Assembly: GCA_001600815.1 (NCBI GenBank)
Contig: BCKZ01000006.1
Span: 807,048 to 871,047, forward strand
From: Alloascoidea hylecoeti
Taxonomy: Eukaryota
Reading direction: 5' to 3'
DNA length: 64,000 nucleotides
Below the pieces are notes generated by a model that saw only the letters and a program-made list of their open reading frames with translations, had not been told where the DNA came from and made no database searches. Of the stretch, positions 38,301-51,260 are shown one piece after another. Made by a program: the position numbers and the translations under genes. The number at the start of each line of letters is the position of its first letter. Positions within the stretch are counted from its first letter, which is position 1.

Positions 38301-39961
38301 ATGAATAAAGTTTAAAAACAGGTTTGCAAAAAAAGTCGGAAACTTCCGTTCTCCTACTGAATAACCGAGCTTGTTTCACTTGATTGACTCTAGTATATAA
38401 TATTCCCGTATGTCTTATTTTTTTTTTATTTAATGGTAATTAATAATTCTATTACCTGTCAGAAATAGATAAATATACATCAACCTATAACATTGAGATA
38501 GGAAAACATTTTTTCAAAATTTCGAACCCAAATTCACTTTTGGACTAATCGTATCTAAAATTTCTACTCTCGATCGATATCTCTTCTTTTTGAAACGAAA
38601 TAGCGCTTCAACACAATCGGCCTGAAGTTACTCACACTTACATATATAAAATCTTATGTATAGTTCAAGCCGTGCGCCCCATTTATTAACTAACTCCCTT
38701 CACATCTTTTTAAAGTCTAAAATAAATACTATTATAATGGTAGAGAGTATTTCTTATTAATAGATATATAGTAGTACTCCTAATCTAAGCGCTGTATATT
38801 ATTCTTAATAATAGACATTTGAATTTTATTAATAAACAAACCATACAGGCTAACTATGATGCATATGTGGTAAATTACCACACGTGACTGATAGTTATCA
38901 ACAAAAACTTTTTGGTAATCTCTAATTTTGTGTGTAGTATGCCAATCTCGGCCACCACGAAAGTACAGCAGGGGTGGATTTGTCTCTGTCCGACGTTTGG
39001 TTGACATTGGCATGTACTGTACAATGTAACTTAATAATCCTTAGTGTAGTAGATAAAATTCCAATAATAATCATGAAGGTCTATGAAAATATTATAGCAG
39101 ATTACTCAATCGAAATACATATGTGTATAATCGATATATATAATTATAATTAATATTGTATAATTCATTAGCAAACTGTAATAGTTTGAATAAATGTGCC
39201 ATGCACATGATCAGAACAATAAAATAAGAATTCCTGAAGCCATTCCATTATTTGCGCGTATCTCAATTACTAAGCTTAACATCTGAAAATAAATAAGTAG
39301 CTGTAAAACTTAAAGAAGATTGTAAGATTGGTGTCATGGTTTTGAGTTATGATCTAGATGAGAAGATTCCTGGATATGATAATAAAGCTATGGGGTTTGG
39401 ACTAATAGACTTGGTATATTTTATCTAGCTCAACACTGTAACTATTTAAGTAAGTAACTAAATGGCAAAATCTTACAATTGATCTAATTCAATTCACCTG
39501 AGCTTCACATTACACATGTATAATGTTAATGGTAGTTATTTGTTAAGAATTCTCTTGTATGCGGAGATGAAGTTTGTTAAAAATACAGTAGTCCTAACAT
39601 TACAGCATATTATTTTTGTATTAGCTTTCAACTTTAATTATATATAAGAGTTTCTCAATAATTATATTAATTAGTAATCATAAATTTCATTGATTCTTGG
39701 CGTTACGAAAGTTAACCTCACATGTATTCTCTTATTACTAATACATCTTGATTATATGTCAAAAGAATGAAATGTTAGTGCATCATAAAATGTACAAATA
39801 TAGAGATAAAATGAGTATAATGTAGTGTAAATCTGCTATTCGGAATATACTTGGGTGATATCTATATAAAGTGATACAACTCCTTCCTGATTTCAAAATC
39901 ATTATCAATAATCAATTACAATTGAAATCTCGATATTTAGTTTAAGATATACAAATTAACA

Positions 39962-41514
39962 ATGCCAGCCACAGAAAACACAAAAGTTATAATTAATGAA
40001 GGTGTTGAAGGTGTAAGTTATAATCAATAGTTAAACATGGCTGATGATACAATATTGGCACTCAAAATACATTTAGTGGTAATCAATTGATGATACTGGA
40101 GCTCTAACATTGAATTTTTTTAATCTAGCTTTCTTATTTCACTCCAAAACAAGGTAATTAGCACAATATTCAATGGATATTATGACAATTAGAAATATAC
40201 GATTAACATTAATGTTTATAGTTGGGCCTCCTGGATCTGCAGTTATTCCTCAACCAACTGGTGCAGAGATTCCCAAGCTCTTCAAACCATTGAAGATTCG
40301 TGGAGTTACTCTTCATAACAGAATAACAGTAAGTAATTATAAGTGCTAGCACAAGAACAAATTATAAATCATTCTTAATCTCCCTCTAACATGAATATAA
40401 ATAGGTTTCACCAATGACTCAATATTCAGCCAAAGATGGTATTGCAACTGCGTGGCATCTCCAGAACTATGGCTCTCTTGCTGCTCGTGGTACCGCGCTT
40501 ATCATTGTTGAAGCTACTGCAGTTTCTCCCGAGGGAAGATGTTCACCGGAAGATCTTGGACTTTGGAATGATGAACAAGCAAAAGAATTAAAAAAGGTTG
40601 TTGATTTTGTTCATTCTCAAGGACAATATATTGGAGTTCAACTGCAACATGCAGGAAGAAAAGCAAGTGGGGTTGCACTATATCTTAGTTTCAAAGATAC
40701 AGCAACTAAAGAAGCAGGTGGATGGCCAGATGATATAGTTGCACCATCAGCAATTAGTTATGCAGAAGGATTCCCAACTCCTAAAGAGTTATTATTGGAA
40801 GATATTGAGAGAATTGAAAATGATTTCTATTCAGCAGCTAAGAGAGCAACAGATATTGGGTTTGATGTTATTGAGGTTCATGGTGCTCATGGTTTTCTTA
40901 CCAGTCAGTTTTTATCACCAATAACAAACAAAAGAACTGATAAATATGGAGGATCATTTGAGAATAGAACAAGATTTATGTTTAAAGTGATCGATCGTAT
41001 TAGAGAAGCTATTCCTGAGACTACACCATTATTTCTCCGTATTTCAGCTACAGAAGGTTTAGAGTACGATAGAGAAAGATTTCCAGAATCTTGGGATTTG
41101 GAAGCTACTAAGAAAGTGGCATTAAGAATGGCAGACGAAGGTAAAGTCGATCTTATTGATGTATCAGCATTGGGAAATAGTCCGGATCAGAAACTACCAA
41201 CTACTAAGAAGACAGCATATCAAGCACATTATTCATTGGAGATTAAGAAAGTTGTTGGGGATAGATTGCTTATCTCAGCGGTTGGAAGTATTAATGATCC
41301 TAAGGTGGCGGAATCATTACTTCAAGATGGACTTGATTTAATATTGGTTGGACGATATTTTTTAAGAAATCCAGGATTGATTTGGACTTGGTCTGATGAA
41401 CTAGGTATTAGACTTCATCAAGCTAATCAATATTCATGGGGATTTTATGGCAGAAAAGGTAAAAGTAATAAAGCTCCAACTGAAAAGTTACTTGACTTAT
41501 ATACCATGAAATAA
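39962..41514 (+). CDS. NADH:flavin oxidoreductase / old yellow enzyme (YqjM-like subgroup), 430 aa; exons 39962-40012, 40129-40153, 40222-40328, 40405-41514
   Basis: Three introns join in frame giving YFTPKQ..LFKPLKIRGVTLHNRITVSPMTQYSA; QLQHAGRKAS, EVHGAHGFL, NKRTDKYGGSFENRTR. Confidence 0.92.
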
Positions 41515-42044
41515 GTTTAAAGGCCGCTAAATAATCAGTTAGAATTATACACTTTAATACAATCTTAGCGAATACTGTTTCAAGACATAATATTTCATTA
41601 CAAGCTTCTTTAGGTCGAGCAATAAAGCCTTGGAAACATGGTTATATAATTAAAATGTCAGTTACTGTAGTTAGTAAAAATCAATCGGAAGAACTAAAAT
41701 AAGGCTTATAGCTATAAGTTAGTCTGATACGTATAATCAGATATCACCGTACCGTATAATAATGGTCAATGATATATAATATTAATATATCATGTTTCTT
41801 CTTTCAATTGGTCCTAAGACCATACAATACTTCCCCGAGCTAAAATTATTATTTAATCAATTCATACATTTAATATTATTATGATGAGAAGTTACATAAA
41901 TTTTGGAATAATTCTAATTGTGATTGTGGGTGTCATAAAGATTATCAAATTAATTACAATAATAATCACGATGAGAAAACAATCAATGTATAATGCAATT
42001 AATCAGAAGACTATCTTTCATTTCCCATAATTTGGGCTTTGTTC

Positions 42045-42344
42045 CTACTTTGTTTTATCCGTTTCTAGTAATAAGCTATCATCATTCTCCTCCTCACCTT
42101 TTGCTAATTTTGCAACTCTAATCCTCTCTTTTTCTAACTCCACTTCATGTATGAACCAGGTTATAGCTCCCCATAAGCCACTCGCTATAACACTTAATGC
42201 CAAAAAGTGAAGATTATAAGTCAAAAATAATAGAACAACTAATGTTAACAACAATGCTCCGAAAGATAAATGAGTTGCAAGAACAAGAGCTGGTGTAGTT
42301 CCAGGTGTAAGGATTGATTGCCATAAGTCTGTTATAAAGTCCAT
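42045..42344 (-). CDS. PKR1: V-ATPase assembly factor Pkr1, 99 aa
   Basis: FITDLWQSILTPGTTPALVLATHLSF...HFLALSVIASGLWGAITWFIHE: two TM helices typical of Pkr1. Confidence 0.9.
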   Translation of the reverse strand: MDFITDLWQSILTPGTTPALVLATHLSFGALLLTLVVLLFLTYNLHFLALSVIASGLWGAITWFIHEVELEKERIRVAKLAKGEEENDDSLLLETDKTK

Positions 42345-43647
42345 TTATGTATTTATGTTTTATGTTGTGTGTTTCTTGAGTTAAGATTGAATTTTTGAAT
42401 TCTTGATATCTAATGTGGATTGAATTGTTTAAACTGTTGGTTGGTGAGTTGTTAACATTTAATTATTAATAAGTGAAAAATAAAAATTTCAAACAATCAA
42501 TTCTTATTTAGGTTTTACCATAAAAATAACTTTGTAATAGAAGCCTAGGTGAAAGTAGTGGTCGCGCAGATATACCCTTTGTAATAACATGAAATGAAAT
42601 ATATCATAAAGTCCAATTTTCTTGTTGTCCGTAAAGATTTCATATAAAAAAATTTAGTAGCCCACAACTACTAATTGCAATTGTGTTTGTGGATAACAAT
42701 TTCATAACAAAGAATACTCTACCAGATTCAAACTAAGCGACTTACACAGATGGACGACGGAATTCATCCAGAGTTAAGCCTGTGGGTTATGTTTTACTAC
42801 CTCTACTACTTCTTAATAATAAAATATTACTTATTTGAAGGAATCACTGCACGAAAAAGGTTAATAAAATTTTGTGGTATTATAATTAATACTACTTGAA
42901 GCTAATTCCGATATAAAATTCAAAGATTTATATATTATAATCAGTTTATTCCATATAGGTTCATGTTATGAAGTTCTAGAGTTTTTAGTGTGAGGAAATC
43001 TTTTTGATTCACCTTGATCATGAATGAAATATAATCTATCGGCAATTATGATGGCCAGACACTTGGGGTGACACACGAAAGAAACCATTGGCTAAATAAG
43101 ACTGTATAGCTATAATAGTTCTCAATGATCGAACTACTGATGATCTTGGACCACTACCTATAAGCATAAAAGGGTGGAATACAAGTAGTTATACCATAGC
43201 AAGTTTTATATGACACAAACCTAGTTTTAATTAATTTGATATATGAGTCAGAATTAGCATTCAATTTCAAGTATAGCAACACTTATTAAGTTTAAGATTG
43301 TCTGAAAAGTGGCTAATTATTATTTGCATATAACCTCTGTGGCCTAGAAGAGCAATTAAGATTTGGGAAAGAAACTAGCTGAGCTAAAGAAAAATAGAAA
43401 ACAGAAAAATAGAATCATCTTATAATTATGTCAATTGGGATCTACCTTATAACAATGAAGTAAATTTACAATTGAAGTTCAATTGGCAAAGAATTTTTTG
43501 AAGTGCTAATTATGATGATCATCATCGGAGTTCAAAAATAAGCCAATGAGGTAATTGAAAGGTAAGCGGAATAAAGGAGCAAGTATTCATATAAATTATA
43601 TAAATGATCTAGTTATCCTTCAAACTCAAATTTGAGTTAGCTATAAA

Positions 43648-44113
43648 ATGTCATCATTTTCGATCCATAATAAGATTGAGCCTTCAACACCAGTTAAATT
43701 GGCCGCGCCAAAATCAACTCCAATTTCCAAGTCTGAGTTGGCTAAGAAAGATGGTAAGTGGAGATTATTACAAACTATTAATATATTTGTTTCAATATTA
43801 TGTTAATATGTTGAATTATGAATTCTAAGACCGACATTACAAGTAATTAGGAATACAAAGTTCTAAAATTTACGTTGGTGTTAAGGGGAAAGTTTTTGAC
43901 GTTACCCCCAATCCTGGTGCATATGGCCCAGGAGGGAAATATCACCTATTTGCAGGTAGGGACGGCAGCAGAGCATTAGCACTTCCAAGCTTGAATCCCA
44001 GCGACGCGACGGACGATTTGTCAGGATTGGGTTCCAAACAGTTGGCCGAGCTGGACGATTGGTTTAAATACTTCTCTAAAAGGTACAATATTGTTGGAAG
44101 TGTGTCCAGATAA
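43648..44113 (+). CDS. Cytochrome b5-like haem/steroid-binding (MAPR/Dap1-family) protein without N-terminal TM, 122 aa; exons 43648-43753, 43851-44113
   Basis: ELAKKDG|IQSSKIYVGVKGKVFDVT..YGPGGKYHLFAGRDGSRALA..LDDWFKYFSKRYNIVG. 97-nt intron GTAAGT..TAG. Absent from the ORF track. Confidence 0.9.
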
Positions 44114-44334
44114 GATAAGTAAAGCTATAATGAGGCCGTGTCACGTGTGCATTTGAAATAATAAGATTTATATACGATAAGAATTTAAATATAAACATCT
44201 GCGTGCTGGGTTTCAGCCTTTAAATATGTGCATGCCCCTTAAGATTTTTCTTTCCTCCTACTAAGCTTTTTTCTTCGTTCGTTCTAATAGAAAAACTCAC
44301 ATTCGCTCCTCTTTCTGTTTGATACATCAGAGTC

Positions 44335-47300
44335 ATGAGTTCCGACCCTATGTACGAGGCCGAATTGTTGATCAAGGGAAACAGAAATGTCGCAAAAGCA
44401 CCCGATCCAGTAGTTTCAAACAGACGAAGTGGGTACAACTACCAACCGTCTCAGAATACCTATAGATCGGGTCCTGGGGGTCCTTTGTCTTTGTCTGAGA
44501 TGCCTGTTGGCGAACCAAATCCAAATCCGCAGAATACAACAATTCCTCGACGAAACTTTAATCCAAACCAACACATTCTCTCTTCTCCTCCAAGGCCCTT
44601 TTCTTCCGACTCGTCCATTAGATCTTCTCTTCATAATCCAAGTATGACCTCATTATCAGGTCAACAGCCACCACATAGAGGTTCAACTTCAAAAAATTTC
44701 TTTCACAGAAAACATAAAAATAAAGTTGTTTTTGATATGGACGATGGTGATGAAGAAATGGTTCCTATAGATGCCGGATTTCAAGATCAATATCTTTCCG
44801 ATATTCACAGTCTAGGAGGGAATAGTTCATCCAATGCATCTCTTGGTTCGGTTCCCGGTGGTGGGCTTAAATCAAGTTTTAAAAGAGGCTCTAATACAAA
44901 TGTCAGTTCAAGACTTGTTGGCACAATGATTGGTGCCGTTGATACTGTTCCTTTTGTTCCTACTTATGTTGCTGGAACTGCAAGCAATACGAATACTAAT
45001 ACTGAATACAGGAGACAACTTATTAATCAGAAGAAAATGATGATGGTTGCTGCTGGAAACATGAATGCCAATATGAATATGTTAAATTCAATGAACTCAA
45101 GTGATGATGTTTCCACAAGATCTTTTGGAAATCAAAGACCAATGTCTATGAAAAGTATGCATATGGGAATCGGAGGAGCAAATAGAAACTCTTTTATGAA
45201 TGGCTCTAAACCTTCAAGACCATTAAGTGTTCCTTTAGAAAGTTTCATAAATGATGATGCTTATGCCCAAAGGCGTGTACAACCAACATTTTCGAATCCT
45301 AAGATCCCTCGAAGTCAGCAATTTACAAACAACTGCAGGTCACAATCACAGGTCAGATTTGTACAACCTGAACCACAAATATCTCCTAATTGCAATAATA
45401 ACTTTAGACCACCAAGTCGAGTTAGTTTTCAAAATCTTCCAATTTCAAATAGTGGCAGGGTGTCTACAACACTTGAAAATAATAATTGCAATTCAGGTAT
45501 GGTGGTTGATAACAATAGTAATAATTATAATTCTAAACAATATGAAAATGGTAACCGACCAGCTGGCCGATATTTACCCGACAACCAATACCAAAATGGC
45601 AATAATGATATTCCATCACAACAGCGGATAAGCCATCCAAATTTAGGTTTACGAGATGTTGCTCCAGTTAAGGGTTCTCCAGCTGTATCTGCCGATTCTG
45701 CCTACAATTGTAAATCTCAGATTCGATTGCAAGAACCTGTTGCTGCAGTTTCTGGCGCAAATAGGCCTATAAATGGTCAATTTTTAGCTGGACGTGAAAT
45801 TACCTCACCAAGACCAGACACAAGCTATTCCTCATCATCTACTTCATCTGGAAGTATCTTTTCTTCCCAAGGTAATGAAAATTCATTAGGTTCTACAACA
45901 ACAAATACTTTTTCTGATACTTCTTTAACTAATATTTCATCTAAAGTAAATCAAATTGATAACGCTGAAGATCAGAATATACCAAATAAAAATATTATAA
46001 GTCAACAATTTCAGTTACCCGAGAAAATATCAGAAAATTCTTCCGATAATAGTAGCCATGATAATGAAATAAACAGGTTTCACACTTATTTGCAAGCTAC
46101 TAATTCTAATGTAATTCTGCATCAACAAAAATCACCCGAGCCCGAAGCTGCTCATTTAGTTGTAAAACCGCCTGCAGCTACTAATCTGAATAGACAGGCA
46201 TCGGTTTTAACTTCTGTCTCTATGACTTCTTCTCATTACAGTGGCGTTAGTAACCCTTCAAATATCAGCACAGGTAAAAAGTCAACAGATAATTATATAA
46301 TGGATAGATTATCTAATGATATGACCGAGTTAAATTTCAACGCGGGAAAGAATCTCGAAAAACCTGCTATGTTTATGGTGAAAGAAAACAATAAAACTAT
46401 GAATAATGTTGTTCAATCTGAAGTTGATTCTGCTTCTAAAAATATACACCGGTTCACTACTTCAAATAACTCCTCTGTATCCCCTATAAAGGTGAATTTT
46501 GATTTTGAGGCAAGTGAAGGTGATATTGATGGATTTAACTCCAACTTGATGTCTTCCTTTGATCAATTAAGCAAAAGCCTTGAGCCCAGTGTTCTCGATG
46601 ATTTTATTATAAATACGAACGATCAAGATAGTCTGAATAATACAGTTGATGATGACACTATAGATACCAATGGTGATGATGATATGAATAATACAGCTAC
46701 ACTTGATGGTGATGATAAATCACAGGACAAATTATCAAATTTGAAGGTGAATGTGAATATTGCACAACAATCACAACAGACGAATTTGAAGACTCCAACT
46801 CAAAATGAAAATATGACTGTATATTCTTGCTACTCTTCTCCTTCTGAATCAAATCGAAGTCCTACCGCTGTTTCATCTTCTATTAATCATACTCCACGAT
46901 CTTCAATACTTCCTCCTATTTCTAAAGTTTTAACAAACCAATCTTTGACAACAGCAATTAAGGGTTCAAGAGCAGAAACACATAATCCAAAAGTTATTAT
47001 TAATGTACCTCCTCAATTAAAGGATTCAATACATAGTAATAGTGTTGAAGTTTCAATACGTAGAAAGTCTTCAAAACTTTTAAAGAAACAAAAATCAATG
47101 AGTAAAAAATCTGGACATGGAGGTCTTTTCAAATGGGCCAAAAAATTAAATATAGGTGATAAGAATCACGAAAAACATAATAACAATGTTCATGAAAATA
47201 ACGATAAGAAAGCTGATCAAGAATTTAAAAGAAATTTTTCAGATCGTTCTACTATTCCATCATCTTCAACCCAATCTACTCTAGGAAGTACGGTTTCTAA

Positions 47301-48879
47301 TGCATCAAAAGCACAAGATTCTATGTATTCACAATCCAATCCTTCCAAAACTAGTATTATTGATAATGAAACGAATTCAATCACTCAAACTCCTAAGGAC
47401 ATAAATGCTACTAGTGAACTGTCATCTATTGTTACTGATCCTGTAAATAATGGTTCTTCTATATCAGTAAAGCAAGATGAACCAAAGCCAAAAATTTTAA
47501 GTTCCGAGCAATTAGGTCTTCTCAATTGCAATCAATCTTTAATGGATGAATTATCTTTGATGTCAAAAAAATTGGCATCTTCTCTTTCTCGTGAACTTGA
47601 TTTGGAAGAGAAATTTAAACGTATTCAATCTCCAACAAATAGTGATTTTGCTTTAGCTCTTGAAGTTGCAATTGCACAACAACAAAAGTTGAAAAGTAAA
47701 GGAAGTTTAACACCTGTTAGTCAAAGTGAACAAATTGTTAAATTAATTAATCAAATTAATGAAGAAAGAAGTAAACGTTATGTTGCTGAACGATATGTAC
47801 TTAAATTACAAAATGGTGAAAATGTTTCTTCTTTAAAAGATGGTTATAAAATTGAATCCTTAGAAAAAGAGTTACGTGAAAAGGATAAAATATTGGGGAT
47901 GTTAAAGGATGATTATAAAGAAGTGACTGATGAGTTAGCGAATATACGACAGAAATACCACGCTTTAAAAGGGGAATTTACTGAAGTTAAAGATAGACTA
48001 GAGGCTGTAGGTCTAGAGGACACAGGTAAGTTTTCTGAATTTGATGATGCTGTTGAGGAGCAAGATACGGATTCTGACGAGTCTGCTCATAAGGTTGAGG
48101 GAGGTAGTATCAGAAGAAATGTTTCCCAAAGAAATGCTTTAAAGGGTGTTATCAAAATTGCAAAAGAATCAAGTGATGATAATAAGTATGAAGAACAGAT
48201 TAGAGATTTAGAAAAGAAGATGGAAAGCGATGATAACTCCAACAGATTACAACCAATTTCTTATAAAGATAGACGAAGTATTTCACAATTATTTGATTCT
48301 GAGAGTTGTATATCAAGTAGCCCCAATGCTACATCTTTCAAAGAATCTGAATCGAGATCAACTTCTACATATTCTAAGCGAACAGCACAGACTCAAAGTC
48401 CACATGATCAGTCAAGGAACAGTATGACAAACTCTAGTATCTCATCATCAGCTCCTACAATAACATTAAATAGGGCACCATCGACTAATCTTAGAAGAGT
48501 TCCAGAACCAATTGATACATCATTAGCCAATAGTAACGATGATTATAAATTTTCATCTTTATTCAGTGGTATAGCCGATTTTCTTTCTCCTCAATTAGAA
48601 AATGAACAGTCTTTAAGTTCAACACCAGAATCAAAACAAACTAATAATTTGAACAATATACAACAGCCAAGGGCGGCACATAATTTACCAAAATATGATA
48701 CCCTAACCTCTAAGAATGGTAATTATAACAACTCAACAATGAAGGGACAGGGAAAAGTCATTGATGATCAAGATGAAACAACAATAACACTTTCAAATAG
48801 AACAACATCACAAGAAGAAATAATAGTACTTGATGATTCAAATTCATTGGAGTCTTTTTATCCCTTCATTGATTTTTAA
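44335..48879 (+). CDS. Large, mostly disordered Ser/Asn-rich protein with a C-terminal coiled coil, 1514 aa
   Basis: Uninterrupted 4.5-kb ORF; heptad-rich segment from NQSLMDELSLMSKKLASSLSRELDLEEK to EVKDRLE. No family recognised with confidence. Confidence 0.85.
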   Translation: MSSDPMYEAELLIKGNRNVAKAPDPVVSNRRSGYNYQPSQNTYRSGPGGPLSLSEMPVGEPNPNPQNTTIPRRNFNPNQHILSSPPRPFSSDSSIRSSLHNPSMTSLSGQQPPHRGSTSKNFFHRKHKNKVVFDMDDGDEEMVPIDAGFQDQYLSDIHSLGGNSSSNASLGSVPGGGLKSSFKRGSNTNVSSRLVGTMIGAVDTVPFVPTYVAGTASNTNTNTEYRRQLINQKKMMMVAAGNMNANMNMLNSMNSSDDVSTRSFGNQRPMSMKSMHMGIGGANRNSFMNGSKPSRPLSVPLESFINDDAYAQRRVQPTFSNPKIPRSQQFTNNCRSQSQVRFVQPEPQISPNCNNNFRPPSRVSFQNLPISNSGRVSTTLENNNCNSGMVVDNNSNNYNSKQYENGNRPAGRYLPDNQYQNGNNDIPSQQRISHPNLGLRDVAPVKGSPAVSADSAYNCKSQIRLQEPVAAVSGANRPINGQFLAGREITSPRPDTSYSSSSTSSGSIFSSQGNENSLGSTTTNTFSDTSLTNISSKVNQIDNAEDQNIPNKNIISQQFQLPEKISENSSDNSSHDNEINRFHTYLQATNSNVILHQQKSPEPEAAHLVVKPPAATNLNRQASVLTSVSMTSSHYSGVSNPSNISTGKKSTDNYIMDRLSNDMTELNFNAGKNLEKPAMFMVKENNKTMNNVVQSEVDSASKNIHRFTTSNNSSVSPIKVNFDFEASEGDIDGFNSNLMSSFDQLSKSLEPSVLDDFIINTNDQDSLNNTVDDDTIDTNGDDDMNNTATLDGDDKSQDKLSNLKVNVNIAQQSQQTNLKTPTQNENMTVYSCYSSPSESNRSPTAVSSSINHTPRSSILPPISKVLTNQSLTTAIKGSRAETHNPKVIINVPPQLKDSIHSNSVEVSIRRKSSKLLKKQKSMSKKSGHGGLFKWAKKLNIGDKNHEKHNNNVHENNDKKADQEFKRNFSDRSTIPSSSTQSTLGSTVSNASKAQDSMYSQSNPSKTSIIDNETNSITQTPKDINATSELSSIVTDPVNNGSSISVKQDEPKPKILSSEQLGLLNCNQSLMDELSLMSKKLASSLSRELDLEEKFKRIQSPTNSDFALALEVAIAQQQKLKSKGSLTPVSQSEQIVKLINQINEERSKRYVAERYVLKLQNGENVSSLKDGYKIESLEKELREKDKILGMLKDDYKEVTDELANIRQKYHALKGEFTEVKDRLEAVGLEDTGKFSEFDDAVEEQDTDSDESAHKVEGGSIRRNVSQRNALKGVIKIAKESSDDNKYEEQIRDLEKKMESDDNSNRLQPISYKDRRSISQLFDSESCISSSPNATSFKESESRSTSTYSKRTAQTQSPHDQSRNSMTNSSISSSAPTITLNRAPSTNLRRVPEPIDTSLANSNDDYKFSSLFSGIADFLSPQLENEQSLSSTPESKQTNNLNNIQQPRAAHNLPKYDTLTSKNGNYNNSTMKGQGKVIDDQDETTITLSNRTTSQEEIIVLDDSNSLESFYPFIDF

Positions 48880-49940
48880 ATTTTAAATTTCATTATATTG
48901 CAATTTATTATTAGTTATATTAAATTAATAACTGAATTGATTCTTGTTTATCGATAATAGCTGATAAATTTTTATTTTTTTAATTATTTGTTTCTCTTGT
49001 TTGTTCATTTCTGTTGCATTTCAATTGCAAGTTTTTATATTTATATTTTTTTTAATTATCGATTAATTATATAATTGAGCTACTACCTAAGTAAGCTTTT
49101 GGTTTTTGTTATTGCATATACCGCATTTTTTGTTTTAGTAAATTTAGACGAACGAATTAATTAAATTAGTAGATAATACATATAGTTATATAATATACAG
49201 GTATAACTATAAATATTGTTACAAAGTATTTAGTAGCCAATGCTAGCCATAGCTACAACATTTATTTGCAATTGTGTTCTTATAATATTTTAGTTTCAAA
49301 TATTAATTTCAGTGGGGATTTTAGAGGCTCATGAACCAATATTGGCTTTCCAGTAGTGTTACATAATTATAATTAGCTATTAATTGCATAACAAGCTGAA
49401 GACTAAATTTGCACACCAAGCCAAGACTATCACTTGCACTTTAACTGAATATCCTAAAACACCAGCTATATCATAATCGCCAAATAAAACGAGTCAATTG
49501 CAACAGAATATAAGATATCTATATGAAGTTTAAGATGGAGTCTAGATTTTTAACTCAATTGTTTAAAATGTGGTTGTATTTGAACGATGTTTATTTACCC
49601 CACGCATAATAGCTTATAATCAGTAATGCAAGTGAATATATATGGCAATGCAGGAGTACTTTTGTGGAGAGGATCGCCTACATTCACACATACAATTTCC
49701 GGCAACCTTCCGTAAAATTCGTTTCAAAATATTCAATTCATGAAAACAAAATTCAAAATGAAGAATATATTGATAAAAGAAGAGTTTTTTAAATCTACCG
49801 AAAATACTCATTTATTGTTTATGAAAAAACAATTTCATTCAAACATTAACTACATACAAAATACTTTCTCGTAATTTATCAAATCTATCCTTATATAAGA
49901 GTGTAAAACATCAATCAATATTTAGCATTTAGTTCATAAT

Positions 49941-50960
49941 TTATGGGTTTTGTTTAACAAAGTCGACACCCTTTTGAATGTTCTTCTTTAATGTTTCTTT
50001 AGCAGCAGCAATTAACTTTTCTTCATAGTCAGAAAGTTCACCTAATCCATGAACAGTTTCAACACCTTCTGGACCTAAAGTAACTCTGGTAGAGAAGAAT
50101 TCAACACCTTCATCCTTGAATAATGGAGAATCGACAAAAGTTGCTTCAACAATGTCAGTCTCACCCTTCAAACCGGCTAAGACGGAACCAGCCATACGGG
50201 CACCAGCTCTAGCCATGGATAAAGTGGCAGAACCAGCACCATCTTTGGCTTGGACGACTTCATCACCACCGAATTGGATTCTGTGTGTTAAAGCATCTAA
50301 AGTTTCACCTGTAATGTCCTTGTGTTTAGATTGGGAAATCAATGGAACGATGGTAACACCAGAGTGACCACCGACAACAGTGACAGGTTCTTGAGTTGGG
50401 TCAGTTGACTTAACTTCAGAAATAAATCTTGAAGCTCTCAAAACATCGAGGGTGGTAACACCAAACAATTTCTTTGGATTGTAAACACCCTTAGATTTAA
50501 AAACCTCGGCAACAATTGGGACAGTTGAATTGACTGGGTTAGAGATGATCAAAACAGCGGCATTTGGGGCATGGTCGGCGACAGCCTTGGCCAAATCACG
50601 AACAATTGAAGCATTTGTATTGAACAAATCGTCTCTGCTCATACCAGGTTTTCTTGGAACACCAGCTGGGATCAAGACAACATCAGCACCAGTCAAGGCA
50701 GATTTCAATCCATCAGCATCCGGGGTGTAACCCTTAACAGTTGAGTTTGTTGGGACGTGGGAAACATCAGCAGCAACACCTGGAGCACCACGCAAATCGT
50801 ACAAAGCCAAGTCAGTAACCTTTGAATCCAACTTCAAGAGTAAAGACAAAGGTTGACCGATACCACCATTGGCACCGAGAACAGTAACCTTTGAGAGGTT
50901 TTGGGCGGAGACAGAGAAGGCTCGTCTTTGGACAGAATTGAAAGCAGATCTGAAGGACAT
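49941..50960 (-). CDS. MDH1: Mitochondrial malate dehydrogenase, 339 aa
   Basis: Presequence [64 protein letters not shown]; strongly biased codons. Confidence 0.97.
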   Translation of the reverse strand: MSFRSAFNSVQRRAFSVSAQNLSKVTVLGANGGIGQPLSLLLKLDSKVTDLALYDLRGAPGVAADVSHVPTNSTVKGYTPDADGLKSALTGADVVLIPAGVPRKPGMSRDDLFNTNASIVRDLAKAVADHAPNAAVLIISNPVNSTVPIVAEVFKSKGVYNPKKLFGVTTLDVLRASRFISEVKSTDPTQEPVTVVGGHSGVTIVPLISQSKHKDITGETLDALTHRIQFGGDEVVQAKDGAGSATLSMARAGARMAGSVLAGLKGETDIVEATFVDSPLFKDEGVEFFSTRVTLGPEGVETVHGLGELSDYEEKLIAAAKETLKKNIQKGVDFVKQNP

Positions 50961-51019
50961 TGCAATTGTGAAGTTGAAGAAGAAAGTGACGAATAGACAG
51001 GATTATATATTTATACAGT

Positions 51020-51200
51020 GGGCCGACCATTTACCCGGCCGATATGGCGACTAGTTCCGAGACCTGCAAAAGTGCCGTCGGCCAATCAGCAGCCAGGAAA
51101 GTGTCGATTTGGGTTTGGTCCGGGGTTGTTACGGTTCGGTCAGGGAAAATTGCGCGGCTTCTCTGAAATAAGGGAAATACGGATCCGGTACGGTTCGGGA
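51020..51200 (-). promoter_or_regulatory. GC-rich MDH1 upstream region with CCAAT box and CGG triplets
   Basis: CCAATCA at 51083-51089 (Hap2/3/4/5-type); several CGG/CCG triplets (possible zinc-cluster sites). Motif match only. Confidence 0.45.
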
Positions 51201-51260
51201 TATTAGGACTCAGGAATATATTATAAGTGATTAATTATACAATATTAATTATAAATGCAA

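Noticed and set aside
40013..40128. TGATGA motifs in OYE intron 1 (possible C/D snoRNA); similar in SUR7 intron 2
   Set aside because: No properly placed D box, terminal stem or rRNA guide evident.
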